The notes beneath the pieces are model-generated. The model ran no database searches, was not told where the DNA came from, and saw nothing but the letters and a program-made list of their open reading frames with translations. From Candidatus Aenigmatarchaeota archaeon (lineage in GTDB: Archaea > Aenigmatarchaeota > Aenigmatarchaeia > CG10238-14 > SCSR01): a DNA stretch of 64,000 nt. The stretch spans positions 179,885 to 243,884 of the forward strand of contig JACPAE010000001.1 in assembly GCA_016181005.1 (NCBI GenBank), read 5' to 3'. Of the stretch, positions 28,010-38,136 are shown in pieces (positions within the stretch are counted from its first letter, which is position 1; the number at the start of each line of letters is the position of its first letter). The position numbers and the translations under genes are program-made.

Positions 28010-30168
28010 CTAAATTTCCGGTTTAGGCACGTCCTCATTCAAGCCTTTCCTCTTCCTTATTGATTTAACTGTATCTTCAAACAAGTCCTTAGGCACCCGT
28101 TCAAATGTAGTTTCAACCAAAGAGTAGAATCCCCTGCCGCTTGTGGCCGACTTGAGCGAAGCGTCAAAACCAAATATGTCGCTGACAGGAATCTTGGCGC
28201 TGATTACGGAAGCCCCCCGTTCGTCCTTCATGTCCAGAATCTGCCCCCTCCGATTCTCAATCTCCTTTATAGCGTCACCGATAAGTTCCGTAGGAATGTC
28301 TACCCTAATAACCTGCTTCGGCTCCAATAACTGCGCGCCAGCCGCAAGCATAGCCTGCCTTATAGCCCACCTTACCGCAGGCCTTATCTGCCCCTCGCCT
28401 CTGTGCACAGGGTCTTCGTGAAGTTCCGCGTCCATCAGCTTTACTTTCAATCTCATGCATGGCTCTCTTGCCAGCGGCCCGTCTTCCATAACGTCAGTAA
28501 AAGCATCCTTGACCATCTCTATAATCTCGTTCAAATACTGGATGCCCTTTGTCATGTCTATCAAAACATTTCTGTTGTGCATCAAAAGTATGTTTCTGGC
28601 CTCGTCATAGTCCATCCCGGTTTTCTTGAATTTCTGGAAAAGCTCTATGTTCTTTCTTTTAATCTCGCCCTCGCTTGGAAGGTCGCCCGCAAGCATAGCC
28701 TGATAAATCCCATCCTCCAAAGGTTCTACTATGATGTCGAATTTGTTGTGCTTGTTCGGGGACTTGCCTTCTATTTCAGGGGATTTGTCAAACAAAGCCT
28801 CCCGGTAAACGACAATTGGCTTGGACATATCTACATCAATTCCCAAGTCCCTCAGTTTGTGCTCAACTTTTATTTCCAGATGCAGCTCTCCAAGGCCGGA
28901 AACAAGGTATTCCCCAGTCTCTTGATTAATTTTGACAACAAGCGTCGGGTCCTCCCTGCCAAGCCTCTTCAGTATGTCGACCAGCTTCGGCAGCTCCATG
29001 GGATTCTTCGGCTCGATGGACTTGGTGACAACAGGCTCGAATATGTGCTTTATTTCCTCGAAAGGCTCAATCACTTTTCCAGCGTCTGTTATGGTCTCTC
29101 CTGTGAATGCATCAGGTATGCCGACGATGCCGACAATATTTCCTGCGGTGATTTCATCGACAGGTATTCTTTGTATCCCCCTGTAAACAACTACTTGTTG
29201 CAGTTTCTGCGTTTTATGCTGAGTTATTAAATAGACGTCCTTGCCCTTGAAAATTTTTCCGGAGAATATTCTTCCTGCAGCGACAAAGCCAACATGAGGA
29301 TCCGGAACCATCTTCGTCATTATCATCGCAAGGGTTCCATCAGGATCGCATGCCAGCATGTCTTTTCCAACATCGTTGTTCAAATCACCCTTCCATATTT
29401 TCGGAATTCTGTATTTCTGCGCATCTAAAGGATTAGGCAAGTGTTTTACAATCATGTCGAGCACCACTTGGTGCATCGGGGCTTTTTTCGCAAGCTCGTC
29501 TTCTTTTCCTTGGATTGTCAAATCGATTATTTCCTTGAATGTCATTCTGGTCTTCTTCATGTAAGGGATCGATATTGCCCAGCGCCTGAAAGCTGATCCA
29601 AACGCTACTGTGCCATCCATTACATTCACAAGCCATTTCTGCTTGTACTCCTCCGGCGCGTACTTTTGGATATAAATGTTGACGTCGCGTATAACTTCCT
29701 CGAACCTTTGCATCATCTGCTCTGGAGTAAGCTTGAGTTCACGAATGAATCTGTCAACTTTGTTGACGAATAAAACTGGCTTTACATACTCTCTCAACGC
29801 TTGACGAAGAACTGTCTCTGTCTGTGGCATTATTCCTTCCACTGGATCTATAAGGACAATAGTTCCATCAACTGCTCGCATTGCGCGTGTGACATCACCT
29901 CCAAAGTCAACGTGACCCGGAGTATCTACAAGATTAATCAAGTAGTCCTTGCCGTCATATTCATGAACCATTGAAACATTAGCACCATAAACTGTGAGTT
30001 CTCTCTTTCTTTCCTCTGGATCGAACCATGTGACCATCGCTTTTCCAGCCATCTCCTCAGCAATCATGCCGGCGCCGGCCATTAAATTGTCAGTTAATGT
30101 GGTTTTTCCATGGTGTACAAACCCGTAGATATAGCGATAAACTAAATCTATTGCGAGGACGTAGCCAT
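28010..30168 (-). CDS. fusA: Elongation factor 2 (aEF-2). N-terminus disrupted: the GTP-binding P-loop is encoded upstream of the first in-frame start codon.
   Basis: The 690-aa ORF begins MAGAGMIAEE, but YIYGFVHHGKTTLTDNL (G1 motif) lies in frame upstream with no ATG/GTG/TTG. An ATG at 30166-30168 sits in the -1 frame (MATSSQ*). The C-terminal region HRGEGQIRPAVR matches the EF-2 diphthamide-site region. Confidence 0.85.
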
Positions 30169-30172
30169 GTTC

Positions 30173-30511
30173 CTAATTCTTGCCGGATCCTTCATTGTTT
30201 CTGTGATCCTTTCCGTCATTTCTTTCTTTGCTATGATTTTCACCTACATTCATTGACTTTAGATTCTGATTTAAACTCCAAACCTTATAAGAGTTGTTAA
30301 TTGTAGAATTTAACACATTCATTCTTTCCACCAAATTTAACAAAGATCTTGTAGTTCTCTCACTTCTATTTATTTTTAATTGAACTTCTCTTTTACTTAA
30401 CAATTTCTTCTTTTCGAAGAATTTTATTATATCTGAAAAGTTTACAGAACTTTTCCTTTGAAAAGGATATAATGTATAAAATATATCTAGATTTTCGCTG
30501 CTAAAGTCCAA
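30173..30511 (-). CDS. Hypothetical basic protein inserted between rps7 and fusA. Possible wHTH.
   Basis: 112-aa ORF. Its TAG stop (30173-30175) is in frame with the EF-2 N-terminal coding region. Confidence 0.4.
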   Translation of the reverse strand: MDFSSENLDIFYTLYPFQRKSSVNFSDIIKFFEKKKLLSKREVQLKINRSERTTRSLLNLVERMNVLNSTINNSYKVWSLNQNLKSMNVGENHSKERNDGKDHRNNEGSGKN

Positions 30512-30592
30512 CCCATTTAATAAAACATTTAATTATTTCCACTTAGTTGTATTAGGTTCAACGAGATGTTTTAAAATTTTCCTTAAATCGAA

Positions 30593-31195
30593 TTACCTTG
30601 CGCCTTCGGCTTCCTTCTCTATCCTTTCCCTTTCCCTTATGGCGTCGCTCTTCTGGTTGTCCCTGTTGTACGTCGCCATAATCTCGTTCGCCAACGCATC
30701 CACCATAGTCTCCTTCTTCCCAAAAGCCTTCTTGTACGCCGCCTGCGTTATTATCTTGAGCGCGATGTCGACCCTCCTCTGCGGCGCTGTTATGACAGCC
30801 CTCCTGACTATAATGCCGCCCACTTGGTATCCTGCAATCTCCTCCCTCAGAGCCGCATTTTCGATTGCTCTGACTAAAACTTCTATAGGATTAATCTTTG
30901 TTCTTTCGTAAATTTTATCGAACGCCTCCTTGACAATCCTGTAAGTTGTCACGTATCTGCCTACAACTCTCCCCGACGTTATCAGATGCTTCCTTCCCTT
31001 GTGGCCAGGTACCATCATCTTCATTATAAGCCTCTCAACAATGTTCATCTTTGACTTGTAGAACTGCTGCCTTGATAGCCTGCCGGAACTTTTCGGAACA
31101 AGTCGTGGTGAAAAATTGATGTAATTCTTTAATCCCGTATCATTTACCTGAATTCCGCTTACGTCCCACTTGTCAAAAATCTTGATGTCAGCCAT
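30593..31195 (-). CDS. rps7: Ribosomal protein S7
   Basis: 200 aa, S7 family. Confidence 0.9.
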   Translation of the reverse strand: MADIKIFDKWDVSGIQVNDTGLKNYINFSPRLVPKSSGRLSRQQFYKSKMNIVERLIMKMMVPGHKGRKHLITSGRVVGRYVTTYRIVKEAFDKIYERTKINPIEVLVRAIENAALREEIAGYQVGGIIVRRAVITAPQRRVDIALKIITQAAYKKAFGKKETMVDALANEIMATYNRDNQKSDAIRERERIEKEAEGAR

Positions 31196-31199
31196 TCAA

Positions 31200-31622
31200 C
31201 TACCTTGCGGGTTTCTGCTTCTTCCCAGACAGAATCTGGCTCAATGCCACACCGTTGACTGCAGACACCTTGTATTTCAATCCCCACATGCTACCTACAG
31301 AGCCTCCCTGAGATCCTCCAACGCCTTCGATAAGAACCTCGTCATGCTCGTTGATTTGGTCTATTGCATGGTTTCCCGGAACAAATGCTGTCACCTGGAT
31401 ATTATTCTTAATCAACTGCACTCTGACAGCTTTAACTAGTCCGGATGAAGGTTGCTTTTGCTCTACAGTCCTTTTGCTGATGACAAGCCCCTTTACCTGC
31501 GGCGCGCCTTGCAGGGGATCCTGCTTCCACAGCTTTTTCTTTTTTCTGACGTAATCCACCTTTTTCCATCTATAGTGTTTCCTTATTTTAAGCAGTTTTC
31601 TACCTGCAAATTCTCCTGGCAT
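31200..31622 (-). CDS. rps12: Ribosomal protein S12
   Basis: 140 aa. PQVKGLVISKRTVEQKQPSSGLVKAVRVQL matches S12/S23. Confidence 0.9.
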   Translation of the reverse strand: MPGEFAGRKLLKIRKHYRWKKVDYVRKKKKLWKQDPLQGAPQVKGLVISKRTVEQKQPSSGLVKAVRVQLIKNNIQVTAFVPGNHAIDQINEHDEVLIEGVGGSQGGSVGSMWGLKYKVSAVNGVALSQILSGKKQKPAR

Positions 31623-31626
31623 TCAT

Positions 31627-32049
31627 TCACCTTATTGTAAGTTCATTGATGTCATGGTTTCTTTGTAATAGCTCTTTATATAACTTTAAATGCCTGCCGT
31701 CCCTTCCGATTACTATAGCCTTGTTCTTCTTGTCAACTATGACCTCAACTATATTTCTCCCGTTTTCATTCCTAACTCTTACAGAATTCGCCTGCGGTAT
31801 CAAATTTTTAGCGAACTTGTCTATATCTTCCGAGAATTCGAAAATTTTTATGTTCTTCTTTATCAAGTTCTCGGTGTTTTTGACACTGTTACCTTTTTTT
31901 CCAATCGCTCTTCCAACATCACCTTCATCTATGACAAAGTAGACGTAATTGGAGTTGTTGTCAATTATACAATCACGGACACTCACACCAGTGAGCTTTT
32001 CAAAGAGCGCAACCAATCGTATGCTTTCTGTGTCAAAGATTATCGGCAT
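31627..32049 (-). CDS. nusA: Archaeal NusA-like protein (two KH domains)
   Basis: 140 aa. GKKGNSVKNTENL and IGRDGRHLK are KH GXXG motifs. Confidence 0.85.
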   Translation of the reverse strand: MPIIFDTESIRLVALFEKLTGVSVRDCIIDNNSNYVYFVIDEGDVGRAIGKKGNSVKNTENLIKKNIKIFEFSEDIDKFAKNLIPQANSVRVRNENGRNIVEVIVDKKNKAIVIGRDGRHLKLYKELLQRNHDINELTIR

Positions 32050-32052
32050 AAC

Positions 32053-32316
32053 TTATCCTTTTATAACAAGCGCGGATACTGGAAAAGGCTTACCGCAAAT
32101 AACTCCAAGTTCCCTGCTGGTTCCGTCGAATGTTTCCAACTTTACCTTTGAGATTTTCGTATTGTGTTCAAGTTCCTTCCTTACATTGGAAGACAAGTTG
32201 TTTGATACTACAATTAATCTTGGTTTGTTTGTTTTTATATAAGTTATCGTTTCATTATACCCGATTATTGCTTTGTTTGATTTAATCGCTTCTTGTACCT
32301 CTTCGGTCAGTACCAT
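32053..32316 (-). CDS. rpl30e: Ribosomal protein L30e
   Basis: 87 aa in the conserved position between rpoA'' and nusA. Confidence 0.85.
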   Translation of the reverse strand: MVLTEEVQEAIKSNKAIIGYNETITYIKTNKPRLIVVSNNLSSNVRKELEHNTKISKVKLETFDGTSRELGVICGKPFPVSALVIKG

Positions 32317-32761
32317 TTTTATCTTTGAAATTAATTGTAGCGAGGGTTTAAATAGTTAATAACAATTTTATAATATAGGGAATTTATGGACTTATCAGAA
32401 ATAGCAAAAGCTATCGGATTAGGAGCAGTTGGTGTCGCAGTTGTAGATTTAACGTTGCGAGATGGTTATTTATCATCAATACTAAATGACATACGAAGAG
32501 CAAGAGAAGTTAGGGCAACATTACTTGAAATGATGTACGGCAATGGTTTATGGGGATGTGGTGTTAGATACACAAAAGAAGCGGCATTTGGTATATACGA
32601 TAACTTTGTTTCAAGAGACCTTTTCAGTTATTTCACTATGAGAGAAGTAAGAAGAGTGAAAAAAGAATATGGAATTACGTAATGTTATTATTTTTCCTTA
32701 GATTTAGTCCATTTTAAAATATTGTTAATAGCTTCTGGCGTTGTCTTGTTGTTGTCAGATA

Positions 32762-33880
32762 TTACTCTTCGCTTCTCACTATAAGGTCAAACATTCCAGT
32801 TCCTGCCGGCACAATCTGCCCCACCATGACATTCTCAAAGATTCCCTGCAAGTTGTCAATCTCGTTCCTTATCGAAGCCTTGACAAGATGCTTTATCGTC
32901 TCCTCGAAGGCAGCCCGAGCAAGAATAGAAGTCTTCGCTCCTGCAACACCATAGCGCCCTATAGAATCAACAGCGCCGCTAAATGTCATAATGTCGGCAA
33001 CAAGAGTAACATACCTGACATCCACGTCAAGCGCCTGCTCCTGCATTGTCTTCAAAGCCTCCCTTATTATGACGCTCCTTGCGGCTTCTATGCCTAGCAC
33101 AGATTCTATCTCATAAATGTCATTTGTGAACGTTTTCTTCTCATCGACTTCCTTTATTTTCAGCACATCGCTCAAATTAGTTCCTATAGTGTTTATTATC
33201 CAGTCATCCTCCTCTTTTCTAACAAGAGCGTTTTTAATCCCTTTAACTCCCGTAACAGACAGCATCAGAATCTTTTCTTTCAGCTTCTGCAGCTCCTTAA
33301 CGTCATCAGTCTTCGCTATAACTGAAATCTTATCCTCCCTAGACCTGACATTCACGTTCTTCACAGACTCTTTGATAATCCTTTGCATCACATCAACCCT
33401 TCTCTTGTCGGAGACTTCAATTTCTATCGCGTTCTCGTTCAAGTTCAGCGAGATCCGATTAATGAGATTCATAACCTTCTTTTCTATAACAAATTCCGCA
33501 AGTTTAGCGGCCTCGGTCGCATTGTTGCTTTCTCTCTTCAAATATATGGTCATCATGGGAGTCTCGGGCGTCTTTTTGGCATCGAAAATTTCTATTAGCC
33601 TAGGCAGGCCATAAGTAACTCTTATCCCGGCTGTTCCTGCAAAGTGATAAGTACGCATCGTCATCTGTGTAGCTGGTTCAGAAATGCTTTGGGCAGCAAT
33701 TATTCCTATTCCCTCGGCCGGTTCAAATCTGCCTTGAAGATAAACTTTCTTGACTTCTTCAAGCAGCTTCTGCTTCTTCTCCGCATTCAGTCTCATTTCC
33801 TTCCCGACATTCTCCACTTCTTCCAGCAATTTACTAGGCAAGTTGTCTTCATGCGAATTTGTCTGCGATTTCTCTGACAT
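32762..33880 (-). CDS. rpoA2: RNA polymerase subunit A''
   Basis: 372 aa. GIGIIAAQSISEPATQMTMRTYHFAG. Overlaps the upstream gene by 32 nt. Confidence 0.9.
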   Translation of the reverse strand: MSEKSQTNSHEDNLPSKLLEEVENVGKEMRLNAEKKQKLLEEVKKVYLQGRFEPAEGIGIIAAQSISEPATQMTMRTYHFAGTAGIRVTYGLPRLIEIFDAKKTPETPMMTIYLKRESNNATEAAKLAEFVIEKKVMNLINRISLNLNENAIEIEVSDKRRVDVMQRIIKESVKNVNVRSREDKISVIAKTDDVKELQKLKEKILMLSVTGVKGIKNALVRKEEDDWIINTIGTNLSDVLKIKEVDEKKTFTNDIYEIESVLGIEAARSVIIREALKTMQEQALDVDVRYVTLVADIMTFSGAVDSIGRYGVAGAKTSILARAAFEETIKHLVKASIRNEIDNLQGIFENVMVGQIVPAGTGMFDLIVRSEE

Positions 33881-36800
33881 TTATTCCTCCACTTTCTATT
33901 TTTGACGGATCCAAACCATCCTCGCCCGGCACAAACTGCACTATCCTGTTGGCGCTGTCCCTTACAGTACCGTCGTATTCGACTTTCAAATCCTGCAGCG
34001 CACCGACCAGCCTTCTTTCCATATAACCGCTGTGCCTTGTCTTCAGCGACTTGTCCATAAGCGACTCCCTGCTGTTGATAGCATCGAAGAAGAATTCAAA
34101 CGGCGTAACACCGTCCTTGAACCCTCTACTGACGAATCCTGTCGCCTCCAAGCTCAACGTTCCTGGCTTGAAATGCGGAAATGTCCGCTGATAATAACCC
34201 TTCTCTATCCTCTCACCCATAACCATCTCCTGCCCGACCATCGCAGCAGTTTGCACAATGTTCACAACCGATCCCCTGGCACCGCTCCTCACCATTGCAA
34301 GTGTAAAGTTGTCCTTCAAATACTTCTCAAGAACTTTTTGCACATCATTCAACCCGTTCCTCAGGATTGTTTTGACAATGTGGTCAAGGCTCTCCTTCGG
34401 CGACCTGCCGACAAGAAGCTTCAACTCGCCCCTCTCATATTTCTTGTTTGTGTCGTCAACATCTTTCCTCAGGGTTTCTATAATCTCCTTTATGTCCTTC
34501 TTCGCATTCTCCGGCAGGTCCTGGTCAGACAAGCTGATGGAAAATCCAATAAGCATAAGATAGTTTATCGCCAGCCTTGTAACATTGTAGATGAACTTTT
34601 TAGTAGCCTCGCCGCCGTACACCTTTTCCATCTTGTCTATTATTTTTCCGGCCTCGGCTCCGATGGCAACTTTGTCTATAGCCCCCTTTAAAAGCCTGCC
34701 ATTCTCTATCACGACACTTTCCCCTGTGTTCGATTTGAATTCGAGCGAGAATCCTTTCGGCAGGAACGTGCTGAACACTTCTTTTCCTGTAAGATGCTCC
34801 TTGTCCGGCAACTCTATGCTCTGGTCGACAGCCCTTACAAGCTGCGTGAACTCTTTTCTTGAAAGTTTGACATTGTCCTGTGTCAGAAGATACGATCCGG
34901 TTATGTGGTCACGTATGGCTCCTATGACAGGCCCCGAGAATCTCGGGCTTCGTATGTGCTTCGGCACCATCATCAAATTCTCCACCTCAACCTTTGCCTC
35001 TTCTGTCTGTGGCACATGAAGGTTCATCTCATCCCCGTCAAAATCGGCATTGTAAGGAGTGGTCGCGCTGAGATTCATTCTGAAAGTTTTGAAGGGCATG
35101 ACCTTGACTTTATGCCCCATCAAGCTCATCCTGTGAAGGCTGGGTTGCCTATTGAAAATAACAATGTCGCCGTTCTGCAAATGCCTCTCCACAATGTAGC
35201 CAGGGGCAATCTCGGTTGCTATCTCGCTCTTGTTCAAATCGGTTATCTTCTTTCTCCTTCCGTCGGGCCTGATTACGTAATTTGCTCCCGGCCAAATCTC
35301 TGAACCGTTCAGGACGAGCTTTTTGAGCTCTTCCAAGTCGCTTTCGTTAACTTTGACAGGCATTGTCAATTCTTTCGCGATGACTTCAGGAACTCCAACC
35401 TCGTCAATATCGATCATTGGATCTGGTGAGATGACAGTTCTCGCAGAAAAGTTAACCCTCTTGCCGGCAAGGTTTCCTCTGAATCTCCCTTCCTTGGTCT
35501 TCAACCTCTGCGACAGTGTCTTAAGCACCCTTCCCGATCTGTGCCTTGCAGGCGGGACTCCAGACAGCTCATTGTCGAAATAAGTTGATATATGGTACTG
35601 CAAAAGTTCCCACAAGTCTTCAAGTATAAAGTCTGGCGCACCCAAGTCGATGTTCTCCTTTAACCTGTCATTAATCCTTACTATGTCAACAAGTTTGTGC
35701 GTGAGGTCGTCCTCGCTCCTCTCCCCTGTCTCGAGTGTGATAGACGGTCTTACGGTAACAGGCGGTATAGGCATCAGCGTCAGCACAAGCCACTCCGGCC
35801 TCACCTTCAAGCCGATCACGTCAAGGTCCTCCTGTGAAATCTTCTCCAACATTTCCCTCACCTCGCCAAAATTCAGCGTCCTTGCTCCTTCGACAAACGT
35901 GTAAGGCTTGATGAACTTGAACTTCTTCTGCTCAGTATTGCAGTGCGGACACTTTTTTCTGGACATTGTCACAAGCTCTTTAAAGTTCATTTTCTTCCCC
36001 CTGGCCTTTTCAATGTCCTTGGGATCAACGAGCATCTTGACGCACTTGTGGCAAAACATTTTCAAAAGCGCAAAAACAATTTTCGAATAGTGTACATGTA
36101 TGATGGGTTTTGTCAGTTCCAAGTAGCCGAAATGCCCGTGGCAGTCTCCCACATTTCCCCCGCAAGTCCTGCATCTCACACCAGGATCTATAACCCCAAG
36201 CCTCGGGTCCATCAAGCCACCTTCAATCGGATAGCCTTCTTGGTCGTAAAGCTCTGTCTTGGTCAGCTTGGCCGCGGCAATGCTCTTCACCATCTCAGGC
36301 GAGACGATTCCAAATTCCAGCTTGCTCACCTTCATCAGGTTCTCGTCGACAACAATCTTCGGATAAATAAGCATGCTCTTGAGCTCGTCCAGCATAAGCT
36401 TGAACGCGTAGCTCATCTCCACATCAACTATCTTTGACTCTCCATGTATCGGGCAAATTTTTTTGTTCTTTACGCGGTCCTGAATGGAAACCAAGCCGCA
36501 GAGGGTGCAGATACATACAGTCGTCTTGTCAGAGTCGAACCTTTCTTTCAGCACAAGCGACGCACCATGAGCTATGAGGCAGTCCTTCTCCATCTCACCA
36601 AGCCTCAGACCGCCTTCCTTGCTTCTTCCTTCAGTCGGTTGCTTTGTCAGCAGCGTCACAGGTCCCCTCGATCTCGCATGTATTTTGTTTGAAACAAGAT
36701 GATCCAGCTTCTGGTAAAACGTGCTTCCGATAAATATCTGAGAGTCGAATCTCTTTCCTGTCCTGCCATCGTACATTATTTCCTTCCCGTCGTTTCTAAA

Positions 36801-38132
36801 TCCATGAGCCACCAAAGTGTTTCTAAGTTCATTCTCCGGCGTCGGGCTGAACGCAGACGCATTCACGTACTTGCCAGTAAGCGCAGCCACCTTGCCTGCG
36901 ATAATCTCCAGCAACTGCCCCATAGTCATTCTTGACGGAATGCCGTGGGGATTGAAAATTATGTCCGGCACAATACCGCTTTCTGTGAACGGCATGTCTT
37001 CAGACGGAACAACAAGGGCGATTACACCTTTCTGGCCGTGCCTTGACGCAAGCTTGTCGCCGATTTCAGGAACCTTCATGTCCCTAACAGCAACTTTAAT
37101 CAGCTTTGTGCCGTCAGTAGTGTCGGTTATGAAAACCCTGTCAACAACTCCATGGTCGCCATGCCTAAGCCTTAAAGAAGTTTCGCGTATGTTCTCCAGG
37201 CCTGTGACAAACTTGTCCATGGTACCCAAGAACCTAAGCGGCGACACCCTCCCGATTATCACCTGATCCGATTCCAAAATTGTTTCCGGATTCGATATCC
37301 CGTCTTCCGGCAGATGCTTGTATGAGTCCTCGCCAGCATAACCTCTGACGCCGGCCTCAGGTATCGCTATTATGTCCTCCTGGCCTCCAAGATACCTTTT
37401 TTGCTCCGCTTCATAAGACCTGTACATGTAGGACCACAGAACACCTTTCTGCAAAGAGCCTGCATTTATGACTATGCTGTCTTCCATGTTGTACCCATCA
37501 AAGGACGCCACTGCAATTATCAGATTGTTTCCGTTCGGATGGGTATTGTAAGGGATGACATCGTATGCATGGGTCTGCACCAAGGGCCTTTGAGGGTAAA
37601 TCATCACGTTCGACTTGGTGTCGACTCTGGAAAGGAAATTCGTGGCAAAAATTCCAATGGACTGCCCGACCATTTTAGCCCCGTAGTTGACCCTGTCCCC
37701 CCTGTTGAATTCTGGGAACGGAATGAAAGATGCAGAGAAACCCAAAATTACTGCTGGATCCATTTCAATATGAGTGTGGTCCGGCGTAAGCTCGTTCTCA
37801 TCAAGTGCAATCAAAGAGTTTTCCTCCTCCTCGCTGTCAAGATACTCAACAACGCCGGTCTTCACCAATTCACTCCAGTTAATCTCACCTTTCTTCAATT
37901 TCTCCACTAGCTCTTTCGTCAATTTCGGGACTCCCCTCTCGACAACAATCAACGGCCTTCTCACTCTTCCGGATTCCGACAGAATTCTGACTTCGTCCAA
38001 ATTCCGGTGGTAAACTACATTTACTTCATAGGGTATAACCCCGGCCCTTCTCTTTTCCCTGATATCTCTAACAAGCTTTTCCGGATCTGCCGTGTCGCCA
38101 ACAAACTTGCCGTCAAAAAATATCGTGCTCAT
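33849..38132 (-). CDS. rpoB1-rpoA1: RNA polymerase subunit B' (C-terminal half of RpoB, residues 1-599) fused in frame to subunit A' (residues 600-1427)
   Basis: The B' part has GRHGQKGV, FDGYNMEDS, GEMEKDCLIAHGA and a C-terminal zinc ribbon. The A' part has MKVSKLEFGIVSPE, zinc ribbons and NADFDGDEMN. I read the junction DNA as ...gac gag aac ctg atg aag gtg agc..., with no stop. Confidence 0.85.
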   Translation of the reverse strand: MSTIFFDGKFVGDTADPEKLVRDIREKRRAGVIPYEVNVVYHRNLDEVRILSESGRVRRPLIVVERGVPKLTKELVEKLKKGEINWSELVKTGVVEYLDSEEEENSLIALDENELTPDHTHIEMDPAVILGFSASFIPFPEFNRGDRVNYGAKMVGQSIGIFATNFLSRVDTKSNVMIYPQRPLVQTHAYDVIPYNTHPNGNNLIIAVASFDGYNMEDSIVINAGSLQKGVLWSYMYRSYEAEQKRYLGGQEDIIAIPEAGVRGYAGEDSYKHLPEDGISNPETILESDQVIIGRVSPLRFLGTMDKFVTGLENIRETSLRLRHGDHGVVDRVFITDTTDGTKLIKVAVRDMKVPEIGDKLASRHGQKGVIALVVPSEDMPFTESGIVPDIIFNPHGIPSRMTMGQLLEIIAGKVAALTGKYVNASAFSPTPENELRNTLVAHGFRNDGKEIMYDGRTGKRFDSQIFIGSTFYQKLDHLVSNKIHARSRGPVTLLTKQPTEGRSKEGGLRLGEMEKDCLIAHGASLVLKERFDSDKTTVCICTLCGLVSIQDRVKNKKICPIHGESKIVDVEMSYAFKLMLDELKSMLIYPKIVVDENLMKVSKLEFGIVSPEMVKSIAAAKLTKTELYDQEGYPIEGGLMDPRLGVIDPGVRCRTCGGNVGDCHGHFGYLELTKPIIHVHYSKIVFALLKMFCHKCVKMLVDPKDIEKARGKKMNFKELVTMSRKKCPHCNTEQKKFKFIKPYTFVEGARTLNFGEVREMLEKISQEDLDVIGLKVRPEWLVLTLMPIPPVTVRPSITLETGERSEDDLTHKLVDIVRINDRLKENIDLGAPDFILEDLWELLQYHISTYFDNELSGVPPARHRSGRVLKTLSQRLKTKEGRFRGNLAGKRVNFSARTVISPDPMIDIDEVGVPEVIAKELTMPVKVNESDLEELKKLVLNGSEIWPGANYVIRPDGRRKKITDLNKSEIATEIAPGYIVERHLQNGDIVIFNRQPSLHRMSLMGHKVKVMPFKTFRMNLSATTPYNADFDGDEMNLHVPQTEEAKVEVENLMMVPKHIRSPRFSGPVIGAIRDHITGSYLLTQDNVKLSRKEFTQLVRAVDQSIELPDKEHLTGKEVFSTFLPKGFSLEFKSNTGESVVIENGRLLKGAIDKVAIGAEAGKIIDKMEKVYGGEATKKFIYNVTRLAINYLMLIGFSISLSDQDLPENAKKDIKEIIETLRKDVDDTNKKYERGELKLLVGRSPKESLDHIVKTILRNGLNDVQKVLEKYLKDNFTLAMVRSGARGSVVNIVQTAAMVGQEMVMGERIEKGYYQRTFPHFKPGTLSLEATGFVSRGFKDGVTPFEFFFDAINSRESLMDKSLKTRHSGYMERRLVGALQDLKVEYDGTVRDSANRIVQFVPGEDGLDPSKIESGGINVREIADKFA

Positions 38133-38136
38133 ATCA

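Noticed and set aside
28403-29230. 275-aa plus-strand ORF (and several 60-140-aa ORFs) antisense to fusA. Similar antisense ORFs lie inside the rpoB'/A' ORF (34032-38324 region), tuf, the thermosome (58852-60558), lig and purA.
   Set aside because: They lie entirely within strongly supported conserved genes on the opposite strand. They are low-complexity or Ser/Pro/Leu-rich as expected for antisense reading of coding DNA, with no recognisable motifs.
32386-32682. 98-aa plus-strand ORF between rpl30e and rpoA''
   Set aside because: Opposite strand inside a tightly packed minus-strand operon, with no motifs. Probably spurious, but cannot be excluded.
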